A stretch of 64,000 bases of DNA from positions 3,776,001 through 3,840,000 of the forward strand of contig OZ242260.1 of NCBI GenBank assembly GCA_965207065.1, read 5' to 3'. Both the position numbers and the translations under genes were made by a program. Positions 9,797-19,168 of this stretch are shown piece by piece. Under the pieces are notes generated by a model, which was not told the DNA's origin, did no database searches, and was given only the letters and a program-made list of their open reading frames with translations. How positions within the stretch are numbered: the stretch's first letter is position 1; each line of letters begins with the position of its first letter. This DNA is from a bacterium. Lineage in GTDB: Bacteria > UBA8248.

Positions 9797-10531
9797 TCAG
9801 GCGAGCGGTTGATAGGCCCAGACGACTCGGCCTACGATTCGATCAGCAGGTTCTTCCCCGACCAAATCAATATGGGCGACTACCTCTTCTCGATTCTCCG
9901 GCACCAGCCATAGACGAGGCGGGGTCCACTGCAACCGTTTGAGCGTACACCCGCCGGATTCATCCCGAACGGCGTAAATACCATCCGCAACGATCGTCTT
10001 GTCACGGCGGTCGATGACGACCACGGCGCCCGGCTGTATCAAGGGAACCATGCTGCGGCCCATCTCTCTGTCAACTCGAACCGAGACCAAATCTCCACGC
10101 CCGGCAATTTGAGAGACGTGGATGAGTGCGTATTCTTCGATTTGCTCATCCACGATTCTGGCGCTGCCCGCTGCGATGGAGCCCGACACCAAAGGCACGG
10201 CGCGAAACTCCGCATCGCTCACTTTTCCCGGCGCCTGCAAGTTATCACTCATGCTCAAAGTGACGTCCAAAGGCCCGACACCTGGAATCTCAGGCGCGCC
10301 AGTTCGGCCCAGCAACCAATCGCCGGACACGTCGAGTACTTTTGCGATTTCGAACAGTTTACTCGCGCTCGGCTCGTTTTGTCCCTGTTCATAGCGGGTG
10401 AGATTCGCCCATGTGACCCTTGCGGCGCGCGCCAGTTGATTGCGGTTCCATCCCCTGCGCTCACGCGCGTGCGCGATACGTCTTCCTAGTTCGAACGCAT
10501 ACTCTGAGCGGGGTTGGGGAGACTCGGGCAT
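9797..10531 (-). CDS. XRE HTH + peptidase S24 (CI/LexA-like) repressor
   Basis: N-terminal HTH; IAAG cleavage site; RSMVP Ser and TLKRL Lys catalytic dyad. Confidence 0.88.
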   Translation of the reverse strand: MPESPQPRSEYAFELGRRIAHARERRGWNRNQLARAARVTWANLTRYEQGQNEPSASKLFEIAKVLDVSGDWLLGRTGAPEIPGVGPLDVTLSMSDNLQAPGKVSDAEFRAVPLVSGSIAAGSARIVDEQIEEYALIHVSQIAGRGDLVSVRVDREMGRSMVPLIQPGAVVVIDRRDKTIVADGIYAVRDESGGCTLKRLQWTPPRLWLVPENREEVVAHIDLVGEEPADRIVGRVVWAYQPLA

Positions 10532-10625
10532 AGGCTTTGTGGAGGGCTAAGAAATCCCCTCCCCGGGGCGGATGTCGCAGATAGACACCCAGCCTATCAC
10601 ATTTTTGCCATTTAATCGAAAAGAC

Positions 10626-10657
10626 GGGGTCCCCGCCATTTTGGAGGCAGGGACCCC
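10626..10657 (-). terminator. Probable intrinsic terminator after the cyclase gene
   Basis: ggggtccc...gggacccc stem, followed on the minus strand by tcttttc. Confidence 0.55.
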
Positions 10658-10667
10658 GGAAGGTGGT

Positions 10668-11357
10668 CTAATCGTCTAATACCGCAACTGCACGGACGGG
10701 GCTGCCCGTCCCCTCGCGGAACTTCAGGGGAAGGGAGATGAACTGGAACTCACCTTTGCCCAGCAGCGCTTCCAAGTTGCACAGACTTTCCAGATGCGTG
10801 ATTTCCCTCTCCCAGCAGGTTTTGTGGACCAGGGCGTTGACGTCTCCTTCGGGACCGGGACGCATGGAATCGATACCGAAATGGACAATCCCCTGATCCG
10901 CAAGCCATTCGGTGGCTTCCACGTTGATGCCCGGATTATCCGTCCCATACGCCTTCGTGGGGAACGTGCGGGCATGATGACCCGTGCAAAGCAGGATCGT
11001 GCCGCCCTGAGGAGCCGAGAGGCCGGTCTTCTTCACCGCTTCATCGAGGTCGCTCGAGGTGATTTCCGCCCGGGGCGCGATGTGCTGCAAATCGATGCAG
11101 ATACCGCGCACGATGCAGTTCTCGAGCGGGTACTCGTTCATCGGCTGCGCATCCTGGTGGAAATGGCGCGGCGCGTCGAGATGCGTGGTGCCATGCTCGG
11201 GCATCGTGACAAAGTTCAGGGCGTTCCCCCAGACGTTTCCCGAATCCTTGAAGGCTTCTTCATGATTTTTCCACGCGGCGTACAGAATGGGAGGCTGGCC
11301 TGGATACGCGGGCGTGCGATGATAAATCTCTCGTGAAAGGTCAACGATAGTAGGCAT
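10668..11357 (-). CDS. Cyclase family (kynurenine formamidase-like) metal-dependent hydrolase
   Basis: EHGTTHLDAPRHF, GIDS, GTGSPVRAVA; ATG 11357 after AAGGAG. Confidence 0.9.
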   Translation of the reverse strand: MPTIVDLSREIYHRTPAYPGQPPILYAAWKNHEEAFKDSGNVWGNALNFVTMPEHGTTHLDAPRHFHQDAQPMNEYPLENCIVRGICIDLQHIAPRAEITSSDLDEAVKKTGLSAPQGGTILLCTGHHARTFPTKAYGTDNPGINVEATEWLADQGIVHFGIDSMRPGPEGDVNALVHKTCWEREITHLESLCNLEALLGKGEFQFISLPLKFREGTGSPVRAVAVLDD

Positions 11358-11377
11358 AGAATTTTTCTCCTTTTCGC

Positions 11378-12619
11378 CTAAACGGTGCAACGCAAAATAT
11401 GCAGTCCATGGTTCTTGTCCGTTACGTATATGATCCCGCGTCTATCCACGATGACGTCCTCGCTCTGCGTTACGAGCGTCTTGGGCAGCATGCCGAGGCG
11501 TTTCGTCGGGTCGGCGGGTATGTAGTGCGCAATCTCGCGTGGATGGATGGGCTCGGAAATATCATAAACGCGGAGGCCGGCGTTGAAATACGTCAGATAA
11601 ACGCGGTCTTCCCTTTGTTCGAGACAGTCGAGCCCCTGGGGGTGGTGCTGATTATGCGGACCGAATCGTCCGCCTCGTTCGCAAAAACTCTTGTGGGAAT
11701 AACCAGTCGGCGGCTCGGGCACCGGGAAAAGGGACATGAGCCTCGGGTCCGCCTCGTCAGTTATATCCACTATTGCCGTGTAGTTGAGGGGCTCGTCGCA
11801 ATTCTCCTTGAGCGCCTCGCTGTTAATGATGGCGAATCCACGCTTGAGATAGGGATACGCCGTGTGCACGGCGATCGCGCTGCCAAGCGGCGGGTAGACG
11901 TTGAAACGGCTGATGAGCCTGGGGCTTGAAATATCCTCGATGTCCGCGATGACGAATCCACCGCGCGCATACGGCAGATAGGCACGCCCGTTTTCCGCAT
12001 GAGCGGGCCCGTGCTGGAACACGCGCATCCCCTCACTCCAGTCGTCCGATATATCGGTTTCGACCCCCTCCTGTTCGGGCAGCCAGAAGCGGCCCGCTTC
12101 CCTGGGGTTCCGAGGATCAGCCAAATCCAGAATGCGGTAAATGTTCCCGTCGTAGCCGGGCGCGTATGCGGAGAGGTGGGCGTAGCGGCCGCCGTTGTAG
12201 AAATTCCTGTGCGTTCCATCGGCCCCCGTCTGCCAATGTGAGATAAGCTCCGGATCGGCGGGGTCTTTTTTCACGTCCCAGATGTAGACGCCCTCGGCCT
12301 CGGGCGGGTCCTCGGGGCGCGGCCCCCAGCCCGGGGGAATTTTCTCCAAAGAGGTGATGAGCAACCCGTCCGCCACCTGCACCTGCAACGTCCAGGTATT
12401 GTCGGGACCCTCGATAAATTTGAGGAGTTTCGGGTCTTCGGGCTCGGTCACGTCCATGACGCTCCAGCCGCTCTCCCAGAATTGCGATAGATACAGATAA
12501 AAGCGTCCATCCACCTCCTGTATCGCCGTCTTGAAGGCGGGCCTGTCTGCTAAATCATGATATCCGACCAACTCCATGTTTTCGCTGCTGATTGCCGCAG
12601 GCGCCTGCGCGAGACTCAT
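11378..12619 (-). CDS. LVIVD-repeat beta-propeller protein
   Basis: Repeated VMDVTEPEDP, ILDLADPRNP, IADIEDISSP, VYDISEPIHP; RFGPHN. Confidence 0.85.
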   Translation of the reverse strand: MSLAQAPAAISSENMELVGYHDLADRPAFKTAIQEVDGRFYLYLSQFWESGWSVMDVTEPEDPKLLKFIEGPDNTWTLQVQVADGLLITSLEKIPPGWGPRPEDPPEAEGVYIWDVKKDPADPELISHWQTGADGTHRNFYNGGRYAHLSAYAPGYDGNIYRILDLADPRNPREAGRFWLPEQEGVETDISDDWSEGMRVFQHGPAHAENGRAYLPYARGGFVIADIEDISSPRLISRFNVYPPLGSAIAVHTAYPYLKRGFAIINSEALKENCDEPLNYTAIVDITDEADPRLMSLFPVPEPPTGYSHKSFCERGGRFGPHNQHHPQGLDCLEQREDRVYLTYFNAGLRVYDISEPIHPREIAHYIPADPTKRLGMLPKTLVTQSEDVIVDRRGIIYVTDKNHGLHILRCTV

Positions 12620-12814
12620 CGCATCCTCACAAAAGTTGTTCTCTTTGACTCGTCGCCAAAATTGTGAAAGAGAATGTTTGTCGATTTCATGGCGAAACCA
12701 TGCCTTATGTACCCCACTACCGCATGGTGGTAAAGTCCCGCAGCGACTTTGAGTACGCCTACCGGAACATGGTGCGGACGCCTTGCGCCCAATACAGAGG
12801 AAGTCACAGAAAAA

Positions 12815-13579
12815 ATGACCTCACCCGGTGTGGATTTGAACGGCAAGGTAGCCTGCATCACGGGCGGCGGCCAGGGGCTCGGCGCCTCGATGGCCATCGC
12901 ACTGGCGGAGGCTGGAGCGGACCTCGTCCTCATCGGCAGACGGCCCGAGCCGATGGCCGAAACCGCGAAGGAATGCGAGAAATTCGGCGTACGGGCCAGA
13001 CCCGCCGTCTGCGACGTCACGGATTCGTCTCGGGTGAACGCCCTGTTCGGGCAGGTAAACAAGGAACTCGGCGGCCCGCACATTCTCATCAACAACGCGG
13101 GCGTCTCGCTCCCCAGCCCCATTCTCGAGACGACGGACGAACTCTGGCGCGAGACCATCGATTTGAACCTGAGCGGCATGTTCTACTGCTGCCGGGCGGC
13201 GGTGCGCTTCATGCTCGAAGCGGGGGAAGGCAAAATCGTCAATGTCGGCTCGGGCGCCGGCAGTAGGGGCCGACCGAACCAGGTGGCCTACGCGGCGTCG
13301 AAATCAGGCGTCAGGGGATTCACCGAGGCGCTCGCCGTCGAGCTTGCGGAGAAGAACATTCAGGTGAACAACATCGCGCCGGGACGCTTCCCTACTCCGA
13401 TGACGGTCGACCGTATTGCCGACCCGGCGCAGAGTGAAGAGTTCCTGCGCTACGTTCCCATGAAGCGTTACGGCGAACTCGAGGAAATCCGGCCCCTCGT
13501 CGCGTACCTTTGCGGCCCGCAGAGCGACTACATGACGGGACAGACGATTTACTTAGACGGCGGCAGCAACGCCCTCTAG
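12815..13579 (+). CDS. SDR family oxidoreductase
   Basis: TGGGQGLG, NNAG, YAASK. Confidence 0.93.
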   Translation: MTSPGVDLNGKVACITGGGQGLGASMAIALAEAGADLVLIGRRPEPMAETAKECEKFGVRARPAVCDVTDSSRVNALFGQVNKELGGPHILINNAGVSLPSPILETTDELWRETIDLNLSGMFYCCRAAVRFMLEAGEGKIVNVGSGAGSRGRPNQVAYAASKSGVRGFTEALAVELAEKNIQVNNIAPGRFPTPMTVDRIADPAQSEEFLRYVPMKRYGELEEIRPLVAYLCGPQSDYMTGQTIYLDGGSNAL

Positions 13580-14370
13580 GGTCTCACCACGTCGCATCGC
13601 CCGCCGTCCACGTTGATTGACTCACCCGTGATGTTCGAGGCCAGATCGGAGACCAGGAACAAAACCGCGCCTGCGCAATCCTCGGCCCGCGTGAGGCGGT
13701 TCATGGGCAGTTCGGCGCGCCTCTCGGCATCCACCTCCTCATACGTGCGATTCGTGATTTCAGCGATTCTCGTTGTCTGCCGGACGTACCTCGGGGTATC
13801 CGTCGTGCCGGGATTGATGAGGTTCACGCGGATGTTCTCGGGCGCGAGCCTGCGGGCGAGCTGATGTTTGTAGGCGGCGAGGCCTGCGTTCGGGATGCAG
13901 CCCGAACCGTGGAATTCCGAGGTATGGACGTGGCTCAGCCCCGAGAAATAGACGATGGCGCCCCCGCCCCGTTTCCTCATCTTCGGTATCACGGCCTTCG
14001 TCACGCGGATGGCGGCGCGGAGTTTCAAGTCGATAGCGAGGTCGATGTCCTCATCTGTCGTCACTATCGGGTCCGTGCGCCTGCTCACGCCCGCAGCGCT
14101 TACGAGAAAATCGATTCCTCCGAACCGGGCGCAGGTCTCCTCCACTACATGCTCGGTCTGGCCGGAAGCGGTGAGGTCGCCCGCCAACACTTCCGCGCGT
14201 CCCCCGGCGGCAATGATATCCGAGGCGGTCTGCTTCAAATTCTCTTCGTTTCGGGCCGCGAGCGCGACCGAAGCTCCCGCGCGCGCCATCACCATGGCGC
14301 ACGCCTGCCCGATGCCCTGGCTCGAACCCGTCACCAGGGCGATTTTTCCGTTCAAATCTATGGTGATCAT
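13576..14370 (-). CDS. SDR family oxidoreductase lacking YxxxK
   Basis: TGSSQGIG, ITGESINVDGG; GCIPNAGL in place of YxxxK. Confidence 0.88.
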   Translation of the reverse strand: MITIDLNGKIALVTGSSQGIGQACAMVMARAGASVALAARNEENLKQTASDIIAAGGRAEVLAGDLTASGQTEHVVEETCARFGGIDFLVSAAGVSRRTDPIVTTDEDIDLAIDLKLRAAIRVTKAVIPKMRKRGGGAIVYFSGLSHVHTSEFHGSGCIPNAGLAAYKHQLARRLAPENIRVNLINPGTTDTPRYVRQTTRIAEITNRTYEEVDAERRAELPMNRLTRAEDCAGAVLFLVSDLASNITGESINVDGGRCDVVRP

Positions 14371-14541
14371 CTATTCCCCTTTCCTGGCAATTCATTCATC
14401 CTCACATCCGCGCCGGATGAAAAAACGTCAACTTCGTGAATAGCAGCTCGGACGCTGGATTTTCATGGCGATTTTTCTTATACACCACTTGTCACGCGGC
14501 GACATTCCCGGCGAGGTGCACATTCATAGAGGCGATACCCG

Positions 14542-15780
14542 ATGACGAAGAAAAGCATATCGAACCTCGACGTACGTGGTAAACGCGTTCTGATGCGGGT
14601 GGATTTTAACGTCCCCCAGGACGCGAACGTCCGCATCGCCGATGATCGCAGAATCCGCATGGCGCTTCCCACGATAAACCACATCCTGGATGGCGGCGGC
14701 CGCCTTATTCTCATGAGCCATCTGGGGCGCCCGAAAGGAGAAGCCCCACAAGCCGACGGCAGATGGACGCTCAGGCCCATTGCCGAACGCCTGGAGGAAC
14801 TCCTCGGAAAGAGTGTCGTTTTTGCGAATGACTGCGTGGGACCCGCCTCCGAGAGCGCAGCCGCCTCGCTGAAAGACGGGGAATGCTGCCTGCTCGAGAA
14901 CTTGCGTTTACACAAGGCCGAGCAGATCAAGGACAAAGCGGCCTCCGGCGATGCGGACTTAAAGTGCACAAAAGACGCCTTCGCACAGGGGCTGGCGTCG
15001 TTAGCCGACGTTTACGTGAACGATGCTTTCGGCACCTGTCACCGCGACAACGCAAGCATGCTCACCGTGCCGCAGATGATGGTCGGCAAGCCCCGCGTCG
15101 CGGGGTTTTTACTGGAAAAGGAGCTTCAGTACTTAGGCAATACACTGAATGCGCCAGAAAGGCCTTTCCTCGCCATCATCGGGGGCAAGAAAGTCTCCGA
15201 TAAGATGATGGTCATCGAAACTTTATTGGGCAAATGCGACCGGGTGCTCATCGGAGGAGCGATGGTCTATACGTTCATGCGGGCGATCGGCCAGGAGACG
15301 GGCGCGAGCCTCGTGGAGGAAGACAGGATCGAGGTTGCCGCGCGGCTGAAATCCATAGGCGGTGAGAAACTCGTTTTACCGACAGACGTCATCGCCGCAC
15401 ACGCTATCGAAGAGGGAGCAACCTTTGAGGTATTCCAGGGAGAGATTCCCGAGGGACTGATGGGGCTCGACATCGGCCCTGAATCCGCGAGGCGGTTCTC
15501 GCAAATGATTTCAGAAGCGAAGACAATCGTCTGGAACGGCCCCATGGGCGTCTTCGAGGTCAAGCCCTTCGATGGGGGCACGTTCACCGTCGCGCACGCC
15601 CTCGCGGAGGCGACGAGAAACGGCGCCACGACCGTTATCGGCGGCGGCGACAGCGCAGCGGCCATCGAGATGGCCGGACTGAGCGAAAAGGTGAGCCACG
15701 TGAGCACGGGCGGAGGAGCGAGCCTCGAGTTCATGGAAGGAAAATCGTTTCAGGCCGTAGAAATACTGGATGATTTGTAG
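14542..15780 (+). CDS. pgk: Phosphoglycerate kinase
   Basis: RVDFNVP, SHLGRP, LLENLR, WNGPMGVFE, GGGDS, STGGGASLE. Confidence 0.98.
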   Translation: MTKKSISNLDVRGKRVLMRVDFNVPQDANVRIADDRRIRMALPTINHILDGGGRLILMSHLGRPKGEAPQADGRWTLRPIAERLEELLGKSVVFANDCVGPASESAAASLKDGECCLLENLRLHKAEQIKDKAASGDADLKCTKDAFAQGLASLADVYVNDAFGTCHRDNASMLTVPQMMVGKPRVAGFLLEKELQYLGNTLNAPERPFLAIIGGKKVSDKMMVIETLLGKCDRVLIGGAMVYTFMRAIGQETGASLVEEDRIEVAARLKSIGGEKLVLPTDVIAAHAIEEGATFEVFQGEIPEGLMGLDIGPESARRFSQMISEAKTIVWNGPMGVFEVKPFDGGTFTVAHALAEATRNGATTVIGGGDSAAAIEMAGLSEKVSHVSTGGGASLEFMEGKSFQAVEILDDL

Positions 15781-15857
15781 ACGTTGCGCGGATGCCGCAT
15801 AATCGTCTCGCAAGCTGAGGTTTTCGAATCATTAAGCCGCTCTCAAGGGTATAACGA

Positions 15858-16865
15858 GTGAAGAACAGCATTTTGGAGGCCATCGGCGACACACCGATCG
15901 TAAGGCTCAATTCCATCGGCGCGGAAGTCGAATCGGAACTGTTCGTCAAGGTCGAATACATGAATCCGGGCCTCTCGGTGAAAGACCGCATCGCGCCACT
16001 GATCGTCGAAGACGCAGAGAAAAAGGGTGAACTGAAGCCAGGCGGCATGATTGTCGAGGCCACCTCCGGGAACACCGGCGCGGGGCTCGCCATCGTGGCC
16101 GCCATCAAGGGCTACAAGTGTGTTTTCGTGATGCCCGACAAGATGAGCCAGGAGAAAGTCGACCGGCTGCGCGCATATGGCGCGAAAGTCATCGTCACGC
16201 CCACAGTGGCCCTTGATGACCCCGAGAGCCACTACTGCGTCGCCCGGAGGATCGTCGAGGATACGCCCAACTGCATTCTGGCGAATCAATACAACAACAC
16301 CAACAACCCCGAGTCCCACTACCGCATGACGGGCCCTGAAATATGGCGTCAGACGGGAGGCGAATTCGACGCCTTCGTCACGGGCCTGGGCACCGGCGGG
16401 ACCATCTCGGGTACGGGAAGATATCTAAAAGAAATGAATCCCGACATCAAGATCGTCGGTGTCGACCCCATCGGCTCGATACTCTACGGCCTTTTTTACG
16501 GCGAAACCGACCCCGAGGCGGGCTCCTACAAGACCGAAGGCATCGGGGAGAGCTTCAAGCCCAATACGCTCAGCTTCGATAACATCGACGAGGTGGTCCG
16601 CGTGACCGACAAGGAATGCCTACTGATGACGCGCAGGCTGGCGAGAGAAGAAGGCATCCTGGTAGGGGGGTCTGCGGGCGGCGCGGTTGCAGGCGCGGTG
16701 CGGTATGCGGAATCCCTCGAAAAACCGCAGAGAATCGTTACGCTGATGCCGGATTCGGGCATGTTTTACCTCAGCAAGATATTTTCCGATGAATGGATGG
16801 TCGCCAACGGCTTCCTCACTGAGGAGGAGTTGAAAGATGCGCCGGCATCCAAAAGCGCGCGATAG
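15858..16865 (+). CDS. PLP-dependent cysteine synthase family / cystathionine beta-synthase
   Basis: NPGLSVKDRI, EATSGNTG, MPDKMSQEK, GTGGTISG, EGIG. Confidence 0.92.
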   Translation: MKNSILEAIGDTPIVRLNSIGAEVESELFVKVEYMNPGLSVKDRIAPLIVEDAEKKGELKPGGMIVEATSGNTGAGLAIVAAIKGYKCVFVMPDKMSQEKVDRLRAYGAKVIVTPTVALDDPESHYCVARRIVEDTPNCILANQYNNTNNPESHYRMTGPEIWRQTGGEFDAFVTGLGTGGTISGTGRYLKEMNPDIKIVGVDPIGSILYGLFYGETDPEAGSYKTEGIGESFKPNTLSFDNIDEVVRVTDKECLLMTRRLAREEGILVGGSAGGAVAGAVRYAESLEKPQRIVTLMPDSGMFYLSKIFSDEWMVANGFLTEEELKDAPASKSAR

Positions 16866-16924
16866 AGGCGGGAGGGCCGCCTGCTTCACGACGGCTACTC
16901 ACAGACCCTGAGGCAGCGCTATCG

Positions 16925-17455
16925 CTACCAATACGCCGCATTGTTCAGCGACGCCACGCATTCGATTTCGACTGTGTCTCCCCTGATTTCACATCGGTTC
17001 AATTCCAGGGTCTGCCAACCGAAAGGATATCCAAGCGGATAGGGAGGTATGAACCTCGACGCCGCCTCGGCATCGAATCCGAACCTGCCGTAATAGGCGG
17101 GATCGCCGTATACAAGGATGATATGCGCGCCGTCCTTGGACAGAAGCCGCTTTCCGTAATCGATTAAAGCAGAACCGATGCCCTGGCCTTGGCAATCGAT
17201 GCGAACGGCCAAAGGCGACAATATATATGCCCTGACATCCTCATGCCCCGTGATCGAAACCGGACTGAAAGCGATATGCCCCTTCACGACACCTGCGTCG
17301 TCCATCACGAGTGATTCGGTGGTTGGATTCGTCTTTTCGGAAAGCAGGCTGACCGCAAGCCTCCCTACCATCCCGCCCTCATTATCGGGGAATGCTTCAT
17401 CATATAAATTTTGCAATGCAGGTGTATCGTTTTGCCTGGCAGGCCTTATGTCCAT
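16925..17455 (-). CDS. GNAT N-acetyltransferase (YhbS-like)
   Basis: GHIAFSPV, LSPLAV...QGQGIGSALI, GDPAYYGRFGF. Confidence 0.9.
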   Translation of the reverse strand: MDIRPARQNDTPALQNLYDEAFPDNEGGMVGRLAVSLLSEKTNPTTESLVMDDAGVVKGHIAFSPVSITGHEDVRAYILSPLAVRIDCQGQGIGSALIDYGKRLLSKDGAHIILVYGDPAYYGRFGFDAEAASRFIPPYPLGYPFGWQTLELNRCEIRGDTVEIECVASLNNAAYW

Positions 17456-17560
17456 GCTTCCCTTCTACCTTTTTTCTGGAGATGCGGCGGATGCGCCGTC
17501 ATGCAAAAGATATGACGATTTCCTTGAAGAATCCAGGCTTTCGGGACGAACAGAGTCCGC

Positions 17561-17627
17561 GGGGACAGGCCCTCGTACCTGTCCCTACAGACTACTCTTG
17601 CGGGCGGACACACGGGTCCGCCCCTAC
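17561..17627. repeat. Two GTAG-family REP-like palindromes
   Basis: gggacagg..cctgtccctac and gggcggac..gtccgcccctac. Confidence 0.8.
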
Positions 17628-17781
17628 AAACCCCATCACGTATTGTGCAGGCGTATCCACCTGTTCCCATCGCGGATGTTCGGGTAGACTGCTTATCGAG
17701 AAACGCTCTTGTCAACCTCGCCGAAATATGAGTAAAGGTCGATACGAAGTTTGATGCCGCCCCTCGCCTTACGGGAGTCCC

Positions 17782-18957
17782 ATGAAGATATCCACCAGAG
17801 CGGTTCACCACGGAAAAGAACCCAACGAACTCACCGGCGCCGTGAAGCCCGACATCTGCCTGAGCAGCACGTTCAAGCAGCATACGCCCGGCGAGCCCGT
17901 GGGCGATTTCGATTATTCGCGCTCTGGCAACCCGACGCGAGAGGCGCTCGAGATGAACATCGCGGGCCTCGAACGCCCCGACAACGAGGATGCCGAATGC
18001 CATGGGCTGGCTTTCTCCTCGGGCCTGGGCGCGACGACCACGATTCTTTTCGCCCTGCTCTCCCACGGCGATCACATGCTCTGCTCCGACGACGTGTACG
18101 GCGGGACCTTCCGCCTCATCACGGGCAAGGATTTCAGGGGTTTCGAGAAATTCGGGATCGCGTGCGACTACGTGGACATGGCGGATGAAGAATCCCTGGC
18201 AGGCAAAATCAGGGAAAACACGAAGCTCATCTGGATAGAGAGCCCCACGAATCCGCTCCTGAAGATGGCCGACATCCAGAGCATCGCCTCCACGTACGGG
18301 AAAGACGGCGCCATCGTCGCCGTGGACAACACTTTCATGAGCCCCTATTTCCAGAGACCGCTCGCCCTGGGGGCGGACATCGCCGTACACAGCACGACGA
18401 AATATATCGGCGGACACAGCGACGTCGTCGGCGGCGCACTGGTGACGAAAAGCCAGGCGCTCCACGAACGCATCAAGCATTACCAGAACGCGCTCGGGGC
18501 GACGCCCGCCCCCTTCGATTGCTACATGACCATGCGGGGCATCGACACCCTGCCCGTGCGGATGGAAAAACACCAGGATAACGCCATGAAGATCGCGGGC
18601 TTCCTGGAGGGACACGGGAGCGTGGAGAAAGTGATCTACCCGGGGCTGAAATCTCACCCCCAGCACGAACTCGCCAAAAGGCAGATGAGCGGCTTCGGGG
18701 GGATGCTGGCGTTCTACCTGAAAGGCGGCCTGCCCGAGGCGCGCAGGTTCCTGGAAAACGTCCGGCTATTCACCCTCGCGGAGAGCCTGGGCGGCACCGA
18801 GTCCCTGGTGGAGCATCCCGCCATCATGACCCACGCCTCCCTCACCGAGGAGATCAGAGAAGCACTCGGTATCAGCGATACCCTCATCCGGCTGTCCGTG
18901 GGAATCGAGGACGCAGACGATTTGATCGAGGATCTGAAACAGGCCCTGAATGCATAG
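17782..18957 (+). CDS. Cystathionine gamma-lyase/synthase (PLP transsulfuration enzyme)
   Basis: YSRSGNPTR, DVYGGT, ESPTNP, DNTF, HSTTKYIGGHSD, AESLGG, RLSVGIED. Confidence 0.95.
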   Translation: MKISTRAVHHGKEPNELTGAVKPDICLSSTFKQHTPGEPVGDFDYSRSGNPTREALEMNIAGLERPDNEDAECHGLAFSSGLGATTTILFALLSHGDHMLCSDDVYGGTFRLITGKDFRGFEKFGIACDYVDMADEESLAGKIRENTKLIWIESPTNPLLKMADIQSIASTYGKDGAIVAVDNTFMSPYFQRPLALGADIAVHSTTKYIGGHSDVVGGALVTKSQALHERIKHYQNALGATPAPFDCYMTMRGIDTLPVRMEKHQDNAMKIAGFLEGHGSVEKVIYPGLKSHPQHELAKRQMSGFGGMLAFYLKGGLPEARRFLENVRLFTLAESLGGTESLVEHPAIMTHASLTEEIREALGISDTLIRLSVGIEDADDLIEDLKQALNA

Positions 18958-19027
18958 GGACAGGTCCCTGTGCCTGTCCTGATCACATCAGACAAGAAAA
19001 AGGACAACCACGGAGGGTTGTCTCTAC
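18954..19027. repeat. Inverted pair of REP-like palindromes; the first overlaps the stop codon of the upstream gene
   Basis: atagggacagg..cctgtcc and ggacaacc..ggttgtctctac. Confidence 0.75.
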
Positions 19028-19108
19028 GGAAAATTAAATATTCAATATCATTTCCCTATCGAGGAATGCTTCTATTCCCCTCTCCCGGACGCATTCATGG
19101 CCTTGCAC

Positions 19109-19155
19109 AAAAAAACCATCCCCCTGCCCTCTATGAGGCCGGAAGATGGTTTTTT
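19109..19155. terminator. Bidirectional intrinsic terminator
   Basis: aaaaaaaccatc...gatggtttttt between convergent genes. Confidence 0.65.
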
Positions 19156-19168
19156 CTAAAACTTAAGC

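Noticed and set aside
17446-18666. Long antisense ORFs (also 24703..25833, 37549..38730, 56627..57898, 59753..61012)
   Set aside because: Each mirrors a well-supported gene on the opposite strand.
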